Made by a program: the position numbers and the translations under genes. 64,000 nucleotides of DNA, taken from the IMG/VR virus record IMGVR_UViG_3300032322_001517, positions 1-64,000 of that record; one strand, 5' to 3'. This DNA comes from a virus. The notes under the pieces were generated by a model. It was not told the origin of the DNA, made no database searches, and saw only the letters and a list, made by a program, of their open reading frames with translations. Shown piece by piece: positions 54,179 through 64,000 of the stretch (within the stretch, counting starts at the first letter, position 1; each line of letters opens with the position of its first letter).

Positions 54179-55884
54179 TACAATATCCTAGAAAAGTTTT
54201 TATGTTTTCCAAACTTGATGACCTTCTCGAACTTGTCATAAAGCTGATCTGTTTTATGAGATATAATAAACGTATTTGTATCAGAAGTCAACTCATTTAT
54301 TATCTTGAGGAATTCCTCTGTGCCATTAGAATCCAGAGATGAATCAAAGACCTCGTCCATAATAAGAATGTTAGTATTGATAGAGTTACGTAGCTTGGCG
54401 AGAGAACGCCAAGTGAAAAGAATGGCAAGATTAATACGCATCTTTTCGCCTTCTGAGAAAGAAGCATACGAAAATTCATCTCTATACCTCGACTTAATTG
54501 TTTCGTTGAACTCTTCATCAAGTTCGAACTGACACATAAACTCCATAGAAGAAAGATACTTGTTGATTAGCTTGTTGATGATAGGAATATACTGCTTGAT
54601 GATACGAGCTTTAATACCACCATCTTTCAGCAATGAAGAAGTAACATTCAATAAGTTTTTATCTTCAGAAAGTTCATTGAACTCTGCTTCTATTTGCCTC
54701 AACTCTTTTTCTAATTCAGGTATCTTGTTATCTTCTTTAACAGAGTCTGACTTACCAAGAGTTTTTAACTCTTCCTCTAGTCTATCTCTATATTCTATAA
54801 CGGAAGATATTCTAGTTCTTACACTGTTTATCTCCATACGAATATCATTTATTTTGGATTGAGTTTCCAAAATTTGTTTTAGTTCACTGTTCTTTTCTTC
54901 GTATTGCTTAGTAAGCAGTTCTAAACCAGAGTTGTATTCTTCAATTTGTTTATTTTTTGTGTCAATAGTTTCGCACTTGAACTCTTCATTTATTTCTTGC
55001 TTACAGGTTGGACAGTTGTCATGTTTTTCAAAAAACGTAACTTCTTTTTTAACCAATACCAAGTTAGCTTCTATTTGATGCCTTAACTTAGAAAGTTTTT
55101 GTAGCATTTTAGAAACACATTCAGAATCAGGAATGTTTTCTATTAAATCTTTTCTTTCGTTTTCTAACTTCCAATAATCCTTATTAAGTTGATCAATTTT
55201 TTTATTCGTGTCTTGAATCAACTCTTTCTTTTCATTAATCAGCTGATCTGTATTGTTCTGAAGTTGCTTAAGATGATCTTTGATAAAATCAATTTTTTCT
55301 TGAGTTACTTTTTTCTTCGTTTGAATTTCAAAAAGTTTTTCAGTATTATTAAGCAATTTATTTTTAAGAATAGAGTTCATCGTAGTAAAGATTTGAAGGT
55401 CAAGAAGATCTTCAATAATTTCTCTACGCTGACCAGCAGACAACTGCATAAAAGGTTGGAACGTAGCAGATCCAAGAACTACTACCTGACAAAAAGACTT
55501 ATGGTTAATCTTAAGAATTTGCTTCTCAAGAATTTCTTGATAGTCTTTCATCTCCGCTGACTGATTCATCAGCTTATCATCTTTGTAAACTTCAAAAACG
55601 TTGGGCTTCATACCACGAACAATTTTAAAGTTGTTCTTGGCGATAGAAAACTCAACTTCAACTACAAGTTGTTTCTGAGTTATAGTATTAATAAGCTGTG
55701 GCTTGTTGATTTTACGAAACGCCTTGCCAAACAAAACAAATGACAATGCGTCAAGAATGGTAGATTTACCTGCACCATTCTCACCAACAATCAAAGTTGT
55801 ATTGTACTTGTTAAGTTCGATTTCAGTAAAAACATTACCAGTGGATAGTAAGTTTTTCCATCGCAGTTTCTTAAATAAAATCAT
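54178..55884 (-). CDS. 46: Recombination endonuclease subunit gp46 (Rad50/SbcC)
   Basis: GENGAGKST, CPTC zinc hook, FSEGEK, IMDEVFD. Confidence 0.97.
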   Translation of the reverse strand: MILFKKLRWKNLLSTGNVFTEIELNKYNTTLIVGENGAGKSTILDALSFVLFGKAFRKINKPQLINTITQKQLVVEVEFSIAKNNFKIVRGMKPNVFEVYKDDKLMNQSAEMKDYQEILEKQILKINHKSFCQVVVLGSATFQPFMQLSAGQRREIIEDLLDLQIFTTMNSILKNKLLNNTEKLFEIQTKKKVTQEKIDFIKDHLKQLQNNTDQLINEKKELIQDTNKKIDQLNKDYWKLENERKDLIENIPDSECVSKMLQKLSKLRHQIEANLVLVKKEVTFFEKHDNCPTCKQEINEEFKCETIDTKNKQIEEYNSGLELLTKQYEEKNSELKQILETQSKINDIRMEINSVRTRISSVIEYRDRLEEELKTLGKSDSVKEDNKIPELEKELRQIEAEFNELSEDKNLLNVTSSLLKDGGIKARIIKQYIPIINKLINKYLSSMEFMCQFELDEEFNETIKSRYRDEFSYASFSEGEKMRINLAILFTWRSLAKLRNSINTNILIMDEVFDSSLDSNGTEEFLKIINELTSDTNTFIISHKTDQLYDKFEKVIKFGKHKNFSRIL

Positions 55885-56945
55885 TCAACAGCCAATGCCT
55901 CATTATACAGATCTACAATTTTTCTAGAAAGTTTATCTTTGTTGACGTTTTTCAAATCGTAATTGTCAATATACTTTTTGAAAATATCAAGAGTCGATTC
56001 AGCTTCATTAATAATATCCATATCGTCTTCTAGATCTAGATTAAGATGATCTTCAACGATCTGAATATCGATAGGGGTTTCGCTTTCAATATTTTCGATA
56101 AACTTATCGAACCAGTATGGATTAGTTTTATTTGTTACAATAACCTTCAGCAATGTATTTTTAAAACTAGAGTAATCTACATCAGCATTTAGGAAATTTT
56201 CGTCAACGTCATTATACCATACCTTCTTAAACATCTTATATGGATTTTCAATGAAAGTCAACTCACGCGTTTCTGTATCCAAGATATGAAACCCTCTAGG
56301 ATCATCATAATCAGACCAGGTAAACTCGCCATGAGAACCAAGATAGAAAATAGTACCATCAGTGGAACGGTGATGATAATGACCGCTAAGAACCATGTCA
56401 AAGCGCCCAAATAAAGAACGGTCACTGCCATGAGATACGATACTTCCGCGATACATTTCGAAACCTTGTATCTCAAGGTGTCCTGCGCACACTGACGTAT
56501 TAGCATTCTCAATCGCTGAAAGGATTTGTTTGTTGTTGTCATCACATATCCATGGAATAAAAAGAATAGGAAGGTTATCGAACGTTACTGTTTCAGCATA
56601 ACGATCGTAGATATGAAACGGATACTTACCATAAACAAGTTCACGAAGTGCATTAATCTCATTCGTGTTTTTAAAGTAAGTATCATGATTACCAGCAATC
56701 AGATGAACCTCAAGGTTTCTACCTAAAAGTGGATCAAGGAAATCATTTTTTAAACGGTTCCCAGTATTGTAGTTAATATATTTACGCCTATCAACGAGAT
56801 CCCCAAGGTGAACAACATTACGAATTCCATGTTTTTCCAAATAAGGAAAAAAAGTATTATCAAGGAACAACTTGCTGTTGTCAAGAAACGCCAAGTTATC
56901 ATTACGAACTCCCCAATGAGTATCTGTTATCAGTGCAATTTTCAA
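55881..56945 (-). CDS. 47: Recombination endonuclease subunit gp47 (Mre11/SbcD)
   Basis: TDTHWG, LGDLVD, GNHD, SGHYH. Confidence 0.96.
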   Translation of the reverse strand: MKIALITDTHWGVRNDNLAFLDNSKLFLDNTFFPYLEKHGIRNVVHLGDLVDRRKYINYNTGNRLKNDFLDPLLGRNLEVHLIAGNHDTYFKNTNEINALRELVYGKYPFHIYDRYAETVTFDNLPILFIPWICDDNNKQILSAIENANTSVCAGHLEIQGFEMYRGSIVSHGSDRSLFGRFDMVLSGHYHHRSTDGTIFYLGSHGEFTWSDYDDPRGFHILDTETRELTFIENPYKMFKKVWYNDVDENFLNADVDYSSFKNTLLKVIVTNKTNPYWFDKFIENIESETPIDIQIVEDHLNLDLEDDMDIINEAESTLDIFKKYIDNYDLKNVNKDKLSRKIVDLYNEALAVE

Positions 56946-57136
56946 CGCATAACTCTCGTGTTAGGTCTAGTAACTGGCTTGCTGGTGTTATGTTTGTTGA
57001 TTACAACAGAACAATAATCTCTAATAGCTTCTAGTCTCAAAATATAGTTCATTTTTTCATTCTCACGAACTGTTGGCGAGTTAGATTTTTCACCTATATC
57101 TAAAACTATAGGTGGAATCAAATGTTCATTTTTCAT
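56942..57136 (-). CDS. Hypothetical protein
   Basis: NY..RLEAIRDYC motif; between 55 and 47. Confidence 0.6.
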   Translation of the reverse strand: MKNEHLIPPIVLDIGEKSNSPTVRENEKMNYILRLEAIRDYCSVVINKHNTSKPVTRPNTRVMR

Positions 57137-57659
57137 TATTATCTCCTAAAAATTTTTCTATTCCAGATATTTTATCCTCTTTTTTTGGTTTAGTCAACTT
57201 ATTTTCATAAGATCGAACTACCTCAGCAGAGTACTCATTAACTCCTATCTGAATATCATTATCGCCATTGAACAACTCGTTCATCAAATACAAGTTCTCA
57301 AAGTTTTTGTGTTTAATATAAGTCTGCTTCTTTTCCTTGTGGATCCTTCGGATGAAGGCATTCCATGCGATCTGAGTAAAATAAGCAAAAGGGTTGTTGG
57401 TTTTATCTGGATTAAAGTTATCTACTGCAGCTATACAATCAATCATAGCATCAGAGATCATGTCTTCTTTGTATGTGTATCCAGAAAAGTTAGGCTTCTT
57501 GGCTAGATTGTTACAAATTAAAACAATAGATTCACCTATGTACCTAGGAACTTGTGGCTTCTTTTTATTTTTTTGTTCAGCTTCCCTAAGAGAGTTCTTA
57601 TAATGAATCATAGCACCATAAAGAGTTTTGTTATTAATGTAATTATTAGTTCTTGCCAT
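57126..57659 (-). CDS. 55: Late sigma factor gp55
   Basis: YINNK, PNFSGYTYKEDMISD, NPFAYFTQI..NAF.RRI. Confidence 0.96.
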   Translation of the reverse strand: MARTNNYINNKTLYGAMIHYKNSLREAEQKNKKKPQVPRYIGESIVLICNNLAKKPNFSGYTYKEDMISDAMIDCIAAVDNFNPDKTNNPFAYFTQIAWNAFIRRIHKEKKQTYIKHKNFENLYLMNELFNGDNDIQIGVNEYSAEVVRSYENKLTKPKKEDKISGIEKFLGDNNEK

Positions 57660-57717
57660 TTTACTTTACCTTTTCAATTTTCATAGTATAATCACTTTGT
57701 GCCAATGATAATATATC

Positions 57718-59169
57718 TTAGATAGTCAATGCTACTTTATAGATCTTGTATTCAAACTTCTCTTCGTTGTAAGTCTTAATACGTTCCATAAAATGGAGAA
57801 GAGTGTAATTTTTCTTAGTTTTCCAAGACATATCGTCAGCAATATCAAATAGAGTAGCTGAATCTTTAGTATCCGACTTACGTAGTCCTCTACCAATCGA
57901 CTGTAAGTTTCTTACCTTCGATTTCGAAGGCGAAGCAAATATAACGTTGTGGAGGTTCTTGATGTTAACACCAGTGGAAAATGTACCAAACGATGCAACG
58001 ATGATAGAATTCTTTTCAGTTTCTACTATCTTACGTATACGTTCTCTATCATCTCCATCAACTTCGCCGGAAACATAGAATACTTTCTTATCGCCAGCTT
58101 CTCTCTGAATCATATCATGTAAAACTTTACCATGTTTTTCCACGAACTGAAACAGCAACAGAGTGTTACCTTCTAAGGATAGAGTAAGATTCTTGATGAA
58201 ATTATTGCGTGCTTGAAGTTTGACAATATAATCTATCTCTGCCTGATAGTCAGAAGCTCTAGTAATCATCTGACGTATTTCGTCAGGATATGTAAGAACT
58301 ATTGCTTTGATCTTGAAAGCAGCGAGGTGCTTTTGCTCAATGAGTTCTGCTGTTGTTGTAACTCTTCTAACGGGTCCGAAAAGTCCTTCAAGAACAAGCT
58401 TGTGAGTTTGTGTGCCATCCAAGGTGCCAGTAAAACCAAAGCGATACTTGCAAGTATCCAGCTTACTGAGAATAGAAGTGAGTGACTTAGCTTTAAATAA
58501 ATGCGCTTCATCGCCTATGACCACATCAAATTGTTGGAAATATTCTTTAGGAAGTTTATAAATCGATTGCCAGGTTGAGATGGTAATTTGTTTATCTGTT
58601 TGTTTATCTTGCCCTGCGTAGATTCTATGGACATGCTTATTGGCATCAAAACCATAATCAGCAAAGTCACTGGCAAGCTGACTAACAAGAGAAGTAGTTG
58701 GCACAATAATAAGAGTACGGGCATTATAGTACCTCGTTATAAGATAGATAATAAACGACTTACCGGAAGCCGTCGGAGATAATAACAAAGCTCGACGCTC
58801 TCTTACTGCATGTACAAAAGCGTCGAGCTGATAATCTCTTGGTTGTAGTTTTAAATTTAATTTGTTTGTATATTCTTTAGCTTCTTTAATAGAAAATTCT
58901 TCGCTTGAATTATCGTAATCGTATTCTATTTCGTATTTTCTTGACTTACAAAACTCTTCTAGATACTTTGTTAAACCGACATATAAAGTACAAGTTAAAG
59001 CATTGAACAATCTTATTTTTCCATCCCAGATTTTATTTCTAAAAGCTGGCATAAATTTAGCTCCTGGTACATCAAAGGTGAAATAATCATTCAACTCATA
59101 TGCTGTACTAGGTTCGCATTCAATCTTATTATATATTTCGTCTAACTTATGTATTACAATTTTTTCCAT
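57718..59169 (-). CDS. uvsW: DNA helicase UvsW
   Basis: WDGKIRLF, SPTASGKS, GDEAH, QSIGRGLR. Confidence 0.97.
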   Translation of the reverse strand: MEKIVIHKLDEIYNKIECEPSTAYELNDYFTFDVPGAKFMPAFRNKIWDGKIRLFNALTCTLYVGLTKYLEEFCKSRKYEIEYDYDNSSEEFSIKEAKEYTNKLNLKLQPRDYQLDAFVHAVRERRALLLSPTASGKSFIIYLITRYYNARTLIIVPTTSLVSQLASDFADYGFDANKHVHRIYAGQDKQTDKQITISTWQSIYKLPKEYFQQFDVVIGDEAHLFKAKSLTSILSKLDTCKYRFGFTGTLDGTQTHKLVLEGLFGPVRRVTTTAELIEQKHLAAFKIKAIVLTYPDEIRQMITRASDYQAEIDYIVKLQARNNFIKNLTLSLEGNTLLLFQFVEKHGKVLHDMIQREAGDKKVFYVSGEVDGDDRERIRKIVETEKNSIIVASFGTFSTGVNIKNLHNVIFASPSKSKVRNLQSIGRGLRKSDTKDSATLFDIADDMSWKTKKNYTLLHFMERIKTYNEEKFEYKIYKVALTI

Positions 59170-59600
59170 TATGTTCCCATAGTAAACTTTCTATAATCAA
59201 TAGCAGCTTTAATATTATAACCTCTGTATTGAAAAGATTTTATTATAGATTCTAAAAATTCGATTTTTTCTTGTTGATAACCTATCTTTAATGAATGTTC
59301 AACAATTTCTTTATCTGCTTCTATGTAAGAAGGTATATCTGATTTTAATATCATACCCCTAGCTGGGAGTTTCCAATGCTTAGGAGTATCTTCGTTTGGA
59401 CCTTGTGTATAAAATTCTACCTTATCTAGTTTTAGTTTTTTAAATTCAGCTTCGTATTTTCTTAAAAGTAATTTTTCTTTTATGTAAATCTCATAATACT
59501 TATGATGAAGCTTGGCAATTTTGATAGCTTCAATATCCAGATCAGCTGTATCTATTTTAGAATCAACTTCCCAGAGAGCTAAAATTTCATCAATATTCAT
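59169..59600 (-). CDS. uvsY: Recombination mediator UvsY
   Basis: W..DSKID..LHHKY..R.YNIKAAID. Confidence 0.9.
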   Translation of the reverse strand: MNIDEILALWEVDSKIDTADLDIEAIKIAKLHHKYYEIYIKEKLLLRKYEAEFKKLKLDKVEFYTQGPNEDTPKHWKLPARGMILKSDIPSYIEADKEIVEHSLKIGYQQEKIEFLESIIKSFQYRGYNIKAAIDYRKFTMGT

Positions 59601-59659
59601 TGCTTTACTTTCCTTTAAAACCTTAGTATTATTATACTATAGATCCTCGAAAAGTAAAG

Positions 59660-60184
59660 TTATATCTTGGTTATTGTGTAAATTGTGTATCTAAATTCTA
59701 CTCTAGCCTCTAGATATTTTACGTCAGTATTAGTTGTATTAAAAGTCATAGCAGATAAAGTAGTTGGAAACGCATCGATAAAAGCTATATCGTAATTTGG
59801 CATTTTAGTGCTTGATAAAACTATTAATGATATATCAGAATATAAACCTTTACCGCTACCAGGAGGAGCGTTTTGTAGAGCTTCGTAATCGCCGTCTCTA
59901 CCATAATCTCCTAAAGCTTTAATCCAATTGAATATTTCTAGATAATTTTGTAAATCTTCATCAACTTTAAACTTCAAACTTAAAGGAGAAAAAGTAACAT
60001 GTTCTCCATGTATTGGAATATTAATTAAAATGTTGGAATAAACAGGAGTAGGATTAATAGATATTTGAGGTAAGATAACTTCTTGTAAAAAAAAGTTCAT
60101 ATGTGGCGCTCTTTTTAAGACGAGCTTAAAATTAAGCGGTGATAAAAAGTTTTTGTTTTCCGGTATATTTTCTATAGCAGTCAT
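59660..60184 (-). CDS. 3: Tail tube terminator gp3
   Basis: NFLSP..F..F.Q.V.LP..F.VDEDL.NY.EI..W..DAFP..LS; downstream of 23. Confidence 0.9.
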   Translation of the reverse strand: MTAIENIPENKNFLSPLNFKLVLKRAPHMNFFLQEVILPQISINPTPVYSNILINIPIHGEHVTFSPLSLKFKVDEDLQNYLEIFNWIKALGDYGRDGDYEALQNAPPGSGKGLYSDISLIVLSSTKMPNYDIAFIDAFPTTLSAMTFNTTNTDVKYLEARVEFRYTIYTITKI

Positions 60185-60203
60185 AGTAACCTCCAATTAT
60201 CAT

Positions 60204-60211
60204 TATTTATA
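60204..60211 (-). promoter_or_regulatory. T4-type late promoter
   Basis: TATAAATA upstream of gene 3. Confidence 0.75.
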
Positions 60212-60213
60212 AT

Positions 60214-60239
60214 AAAAAAAGGGGAGCCGTAGCTCCCCT
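60214..60239 (-). terminator. Terminator after gene 23
   Basis: AGGGGAGC/GCTCCCCT hairpin plus T tract. Confidence 0.85.
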
Positions 60240-60274
60240 CGGATAGTTGTCGATCTTTTGATCGCTTTATTATC

Positions 60275-61633
60275 TTACATAAGATTGTTAACAATAACGC
60301 GACGATAGTACTTGTTAGTGCTAATGGTAGTAGTACGACCATTACCCTTAGTAAGACCTTCAGCGAATGGGTTTGCAACCATGCCGTAACGAGTCTTAAA
60401 GCCAATCTTAGGCTGGAAGCTGTCCTGGTCAACAGCACGTACCATCTGTAGTGGAACGTATGGGCAATAGAAGAGACCTGCGTCGAATGCAGAAGAACCC
60501 TTATAACCAACAGTCAAGTAGTTACCACCGATTGCGTATGGGTCGATGTAAACACGGAGACGACCGTTAAGAACACCAGCGAAAGTGTTACCAGTGTCGT
60601 CTACCTGGAGGTTGTTTGAGTTAAGAGCAGGAGCGTAGTCAAGAACACCAGCCATCTGTAGAGCGGAAGCAACGTCCGAAGAACAGATAACGATGTTACC
60701 CTTACCACGACGAGTCTGCTTAGCAATCTGGTTAGCTTCGCGTTCTAGCTGGAACATAAGACCCTTGAACTTTTCAACTGACCAACGACCGTTTGAGTCA
60801 GTGTCAAGATCGAAAATACCAGCAGTTGTAGTATTTTCCTGAGCACCAGCTTCAGCAGTGATGTTGATAGTACGAACTACTTCACGGTTAATTTCAGCAA
60901 GAATTTCAGCTGAAAGAATGTTAGCAAGTTCAGTTTCTGCGTCTAGACCATGGATTGCCTTAAGATCCTGGGCAAGTTCCATAGTGTACTCTGCCTTGAG
61001 AGCGCGAGTGTTAGCAGTTACAGTAACCTTCTCGATTGAGAAAGCCATCTGTGGGAATGCTGCGTTACTAGTAGTACCAAGAGCTTCAGCCTGAGCACGA
61101 GCCATACCAACACCAGTGTTATAGGTGTTAACAGCAGTAAGAGGTGAAGTGTTAGTTGCGCCTGGGATAGTACCAATGAAACGGCTACCTAGAACGTTGT
61201 TAGCACCAGTTGGAACAGTTGAGAACGCAGTGTTAACTTCGTTGTAGAATGTTTCATCGCCAGTCTGGTTGCTGTAGCGTGAACGCATAGCAAAGATAAG
61301 TCCAGTTGGACCAGTCATTGGCTGAACACCGCAGATGTCATAAGCCATAAGGTTTGGCATTGCACGGCGAACGAGAGAGATAAGAACTGGGTCGAAAGTA
61401 TCGATACCACCAGCGCCAGCTGTTGAGCTTGATGCGCCCATGAAGTTTACAGGAATATCACCTTCTGTAAGAGTCTGATACTGACCATGAGCAGCTGCTT
61501 CTCTGAGAGACTTTTCAGTGTTCTCAAGCATAACAGCAGTTACTGAACGACGGTGAGCGTCCTTGATAACGCCAAGAGCGTCATGGTCAAGAACTGGTGC
61601 CCACTTATTTTGAATTTCCTCAGCTAGATACAT
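60275..61633 (-). CDS. 23: Major capsid protein gp23
   Basis: LVRRAMPNLMAYDICGVQPMTGPTG, LAQDLKAIHGLDAE, FQPKIGFKTRYG. Confidence 0.99.
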   Translation of the reverse strand: MYLAEEIQNKWAPVLDHDALGVIKDAHRRSVTAVMLENTEKSLREAAAHGQYQTLTEGDIPVNFMGASSSTAGAGGIDTFDPVLISLVRRAMPNLMAYDICGVQPMTGPTGLIFAMRSRYSNQTGDETFYNEVNTAFSTVPTGANNVLGSRFIGTIPGATNTSPLTAVNTYNTGVGMARAQAEALGTTSNAAFPQMAFSIEKVTVTANTRALKAEYTMELAQDLKAIHGLDAETELANILSAEILAEINREVVRTINITAEAGAQENTTTAGIFDLDTDSNGRWSVEKFKGLMFQLEREANQIAKQTRRGKGNIVICSSDVASALQMAGVLDYAPALNSNNLQVDDTGNTFAGVLNGRLRVYIDPYAIGGNYLTVGYKGSSAFDAGLFYCPYVPLQMVRAVDQDSFQPKIGFKTRYGMVANPFAEGLTKGNGRTTTISTNKYYRRVIVNNLM

Positions 61634-61671
61634 TTAAGTTTCCTTTCTTTTATAACTAGGATTCTAATTTT

Positions 61672-61679
61672 TATTTATA
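61672..61679 (-). promoter_or_regulatory. T4-type late promoter
   Basis: TATAAATA upstream of gene 23. Confidence 0.8.
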
Positions 61680-61684
61680 AAAAC

Positions 61685-62725
61685 TTATTTCTTAACAGTT
61701 TTCGAGATAGCCTGTACATAACGATTTACTTGTGGATCGATATGATGAGTGCTTTCTGTCAATTCGCCTTCAAAAGTTTCTTCTTCAATATTTGAAGAAT
61801 TGAATGAAGCTTCGCCCTTGAAATAATTTTCTTTGATGATTCTCAACTTCTTTTCATAAGTTTCAAGATTACCATCAAACTCGATACCTTCAGCAAGAGC
61901 TGCGAACTTTTCCTGCTGTGTTAGTGCAAGGTCAGAAGAAAGACCTTCGAAAATTTCATGAGCATGAGATTCTACAAGAACACCCTTTAACTCAGTATTT
62001 TCTAGGATTACTTCATCGAGTTTACCTTCAAGTGCTTCTACCTTTTCAGCTAGAGCTTCAATAACGTCAACCTTTTCCTGAGGAATATTGATAAAATGCT
62101 CAGCGAAAAGATTCTTCAAACCTTCCATAAACTCTTCAGTGAGTTCGTTACGAAGAGTTGATTCAATAGCTACTTCATTATCGCTCATCCATTGTTCCAC
62201 AACATAATCGAGATAAGAATCTAGTCTAGAGTTAACTTCATTTTGGAACTGAGCTAGTTCTTCCTGAAGCATTAATTCATATTCTTCTTCAAGGCGAGCA
62301 GTTTCCAAAGTCAAGCGAGCAGAAACAGCAGCTTCGAATAGAGTTTCTACGCTTTCCTTAAATTCTTCTGAGAGGTCGTGTCCAGCAAACATTTCTTCAA
62401 TGTCTTCCTTAACATTAACCTTACCCTTCATTGCAATAGTTGCAGCGTTTTTCTTTGAATTGTCGCCAACGCCATAGTCTTTATTTGGTCCAAACTGTGA
62501 CATAGTAGCAGCAAATTTGTTTAGGTCATCTTTTGACATACCACCAGCTGCTGACATAATTGAACTCAACAAGCCCAATTTCGATTTATCATCAGAAACT
62601 GACTTTGCTCCTGGCTTCAATGTGCTAGCAGCAAGAGTTTCTTCATCAAGTTCTTCATCAGCCTCAGACGCGTCAACCTGATCAACGATATCGTCTTCTA
62701 GCTCATTAGTTCTTTTGTTAGCCAT
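61685..62725 (-). CDS. 22: Prohead core scaffolding protein gp22
   Basis: Acidic; LSEEFK..TLFEAAV, YLDYVVEQW..NEVAIE. Confidence 0.94.
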   Translation of the reverse strand: MANKRTNELEDDIVDQVDASEADEELDEETLAASTLKPGAKSVSDDKSKLGLLSSIMSAAGGMSKDDLNKFAATMSQFGPNKDYGVGDNSKKNAATIAMKGKVNVKEDIEEMFAGHDLSEEFKESVETLFEAAVSARLTLETARLEEEYELMLQEELAQFQNEVNSRLDSYLDYVVEQWMSDNEVAIESTLRNELTEEFMEGLKNLFAEHFINIPQEKVDVIEALAEKVEALEGKLDEVILENTELKGVLVESHAHEIFEGLSSDLALTQQEKFAALAEGIEFDGNLETYEKKLRIIKENYFKGEASFNSSNIEEETFEGELTESTHHIDPQVNRYVQAISKTVKK

Positions 62726-62755
62726 TAGAAAGGTCTCCTTTTAAAGAATTTAAAT

Positions 62756-62763
62756 TATTTATA
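62756..62763 (-). promoter_or_regulatory. T4-type late promoter
   Basis: TATAAATA upstream of gene 22. Confidence 0.75.
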
Positions 62764-63436
62764 TGTTTTTATTTTTTGAGGCTAATGAAGATAAAAACTC
62801 TTCAAAAATAGCCAAACGTTGTTCTTCTAATTTTTTAGATGATAATCTATGAACTGATTTTTTGATTGACTCTGCTTTTTCTTGCAACCAAACACCATTA
62901 GCTTCATCATAGAACCATTCTACATTTTCCATAATACCTTTAACAAAAGCTTCTGGTGCTGAAGGATCAGCAACAATGTCAGCAGCTGTTGAAAGTTTAA
63001 GATCGCTCTGAACAACCATAACTCCACGTTCTTCTTTAAGAGAACCCATAGCTCTAGAAGAAACACCAAGCTGACCGCCTGACTCCATAATACCACGAGC
63101 AATATTGCCCATTGGCGTTTCGGTAATTTTAGCTTTACCAATAAAGTTGTTCTTATCTCTTTTTAGTTCAGTGATAATATGAGATACACGATCAAGATTA
63201 ATTGATGGACCAGAAGGATGACCTAGTTCGCCGTAAGCACGGTTATGTGATACGACCTCTGTCATATAACGCTTAACTTCGCTCTCAAGAACATTGATAG
63301 GATACATACGACCGTTACGGTTTTTGATTTCTGCCTGAAGGAAAATACCCTCAATGTACATATCCTTCTTGCCAGACTTTTCGTTGGCTTCAGTAACGTA
63401 CTGAACATTTTCTGTAAGTTCTGTAATGAGTTTCAT
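62759..63436 (-). CDS. 21: Prohead protease gp21
   Basis: MKLITE, NRNGRMYP, GELGHP, GVSSR, DIVADPSAP. Confidence 0.97.
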   Translation of the reverse strand: MKLITELTENVQYVTEANEKSGKKDMYIEGIFLQAEIKNRNGRMYPINVLESEVKRYMTEVVSHNRAYGELGHPSGPSINLDRVSHIITELKRDKNNFIGKAKITETPMGNIARGIMESGGQLGVSSRAMGSLKEERGVMVVQSDLKLSTAADIVADPSAPEAFVKGIMENVEWFYDEANGVWLQEKAESIKKSVHRLSSKKLEEQRLAIFEEFLSSLASKNKNI

Positions 63437-63437
63437 T

Positions 63438-63683
63438 TTATCCTCTATAAGCAGAAGCTGTAGCAAAAACTGCTACGTTTGACGCTATTGTATCTGTTGG
63501 GTTCTTAGAAACAAAAATGTATTGATTAGCAGGAATAGTAAATGTTCCTAGTGTTGTTCCTGTATTGGAAGCAACAGTGATCAAGGCTGCTGATGGTGCA
63601 CCAATATAAACAATCGGTGAGTTGTAAACATTATTAGCAGTAGTTAAAGATATTTGATTAGCTGATGCTTTAATAATATTCAT
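63438..63683 (-). CDS. Hypothetical (probable structural) protein
   Basis: Coupled ORF in head gene block. Confidence 0.6.
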   Translation of the reverse strand: MNIIKASANQISLTTANNVYNSPIVYIGAPSAALITVASNTGTTLGTFTIPANQYIFVSKNPTDTIASNVAVFATASAYRG

Positions 63684-64000
63684 TATACTCTTCCTGTATC
63701 GCCAACCATGCTACTTGGAGTAGCAACGTGAGTATCTGCTTGTTCGCTCTTCATAGCCTTTTTACGGATGTAGGCAAAGTAAACTTTTTTGCCTTTTTCA
63801 TCACCATACTGCTTTTGCATATTGGCTTTCATACCTGAATCGTCGTATTTTGACTTTAGCTTCTCTTCTCTTTTTTTGTCAGCTGCAGTCATTTCGCGTT
63901 CTTCAATTTTCTTTCTATCAGTGATAAGCTGACGACCTTCCTTTTTCTTACCATTATATCTTGGCTCTTTATCTGTAGCGCCAGCTGACTTGTCCTCTGA
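63683..64000 (-). CDS. Prohead core-like protein, C-terminal part (5'-truncated by window)
   Basis: Frame open to window end; MQKQYG.EKGKKVYFA motif typical of T4-like head region proteins. Confidence 0.55.
   Translation of the reverse strand, partial: SEDKSAGATDKEPRYNGKKKEGRQLITDRKKIEEREMTAADKKREEKLKSKYDDSGMKANMQKQYGDEKGKKVYFAYIRKKAMKSEQADTHVATPSSMVGDTGRV

Noticed and set aside
773-63141. Many antisense or out-of-frame ORFs nested in long genes
   Set aside because: They are explained by codon bias of the real genes on the opposite strand or in another frame.
1-64000. Alternative genetic code or suppressor tRNAs
   Set aside because: Core genes are full length in the standard code, TAA, TAG and TGA all end genes, and no CTA, TTA or TCA anticodons were found.

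Overview
This window is 64 kb of a large T4-like myovirus genome using the standard genetic code. Its host is most likely an alphaproteobacterium, because tRNA-His lacks G-1 and has U72/A73, and the accessory genes look alpha-like. The + strand block (1-36 kb) carries late head-associated proteins, Dps, primase gp61, thyX, nrdA/nrdB, envelope and stress genes, a nucleotide-heptose operon, rnh, phoH and an exonuclease. The - strand block (36-64 kb) carries a large tRNA cluster with inserted modification enzymes, an HNH nuclease and several structured spacers. It continues with regA-62-44-45, a TET/JBP oxygenase plus glycosyltransferase cluster, def, 46-47-55, uvsW-uvsY, and genes 3, 23, 22 and 21. 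The window holds 29 tRNAs covering all 20 amino acids. The most striking element is at 20565-22735: a tandem array of six ncRNA units directly upstream of a DUF2828/TROVE(Ro60)-like vWA protein. Each unit has a covarying closing helix, CAGCA exactly 10 nt from its 5' end, and (where units abut) a 9-10 nt GTT-initiated linker. The unit interiors differ: two circularly permuted tRNAs, anticodon-like hairpins, and one 218-nt multi-hairpin RNA. This looks like an undescribed family of modular Y-RNA-like tRNA mimics. All calls were made by eye from motifs and base pairing; no searches were run.
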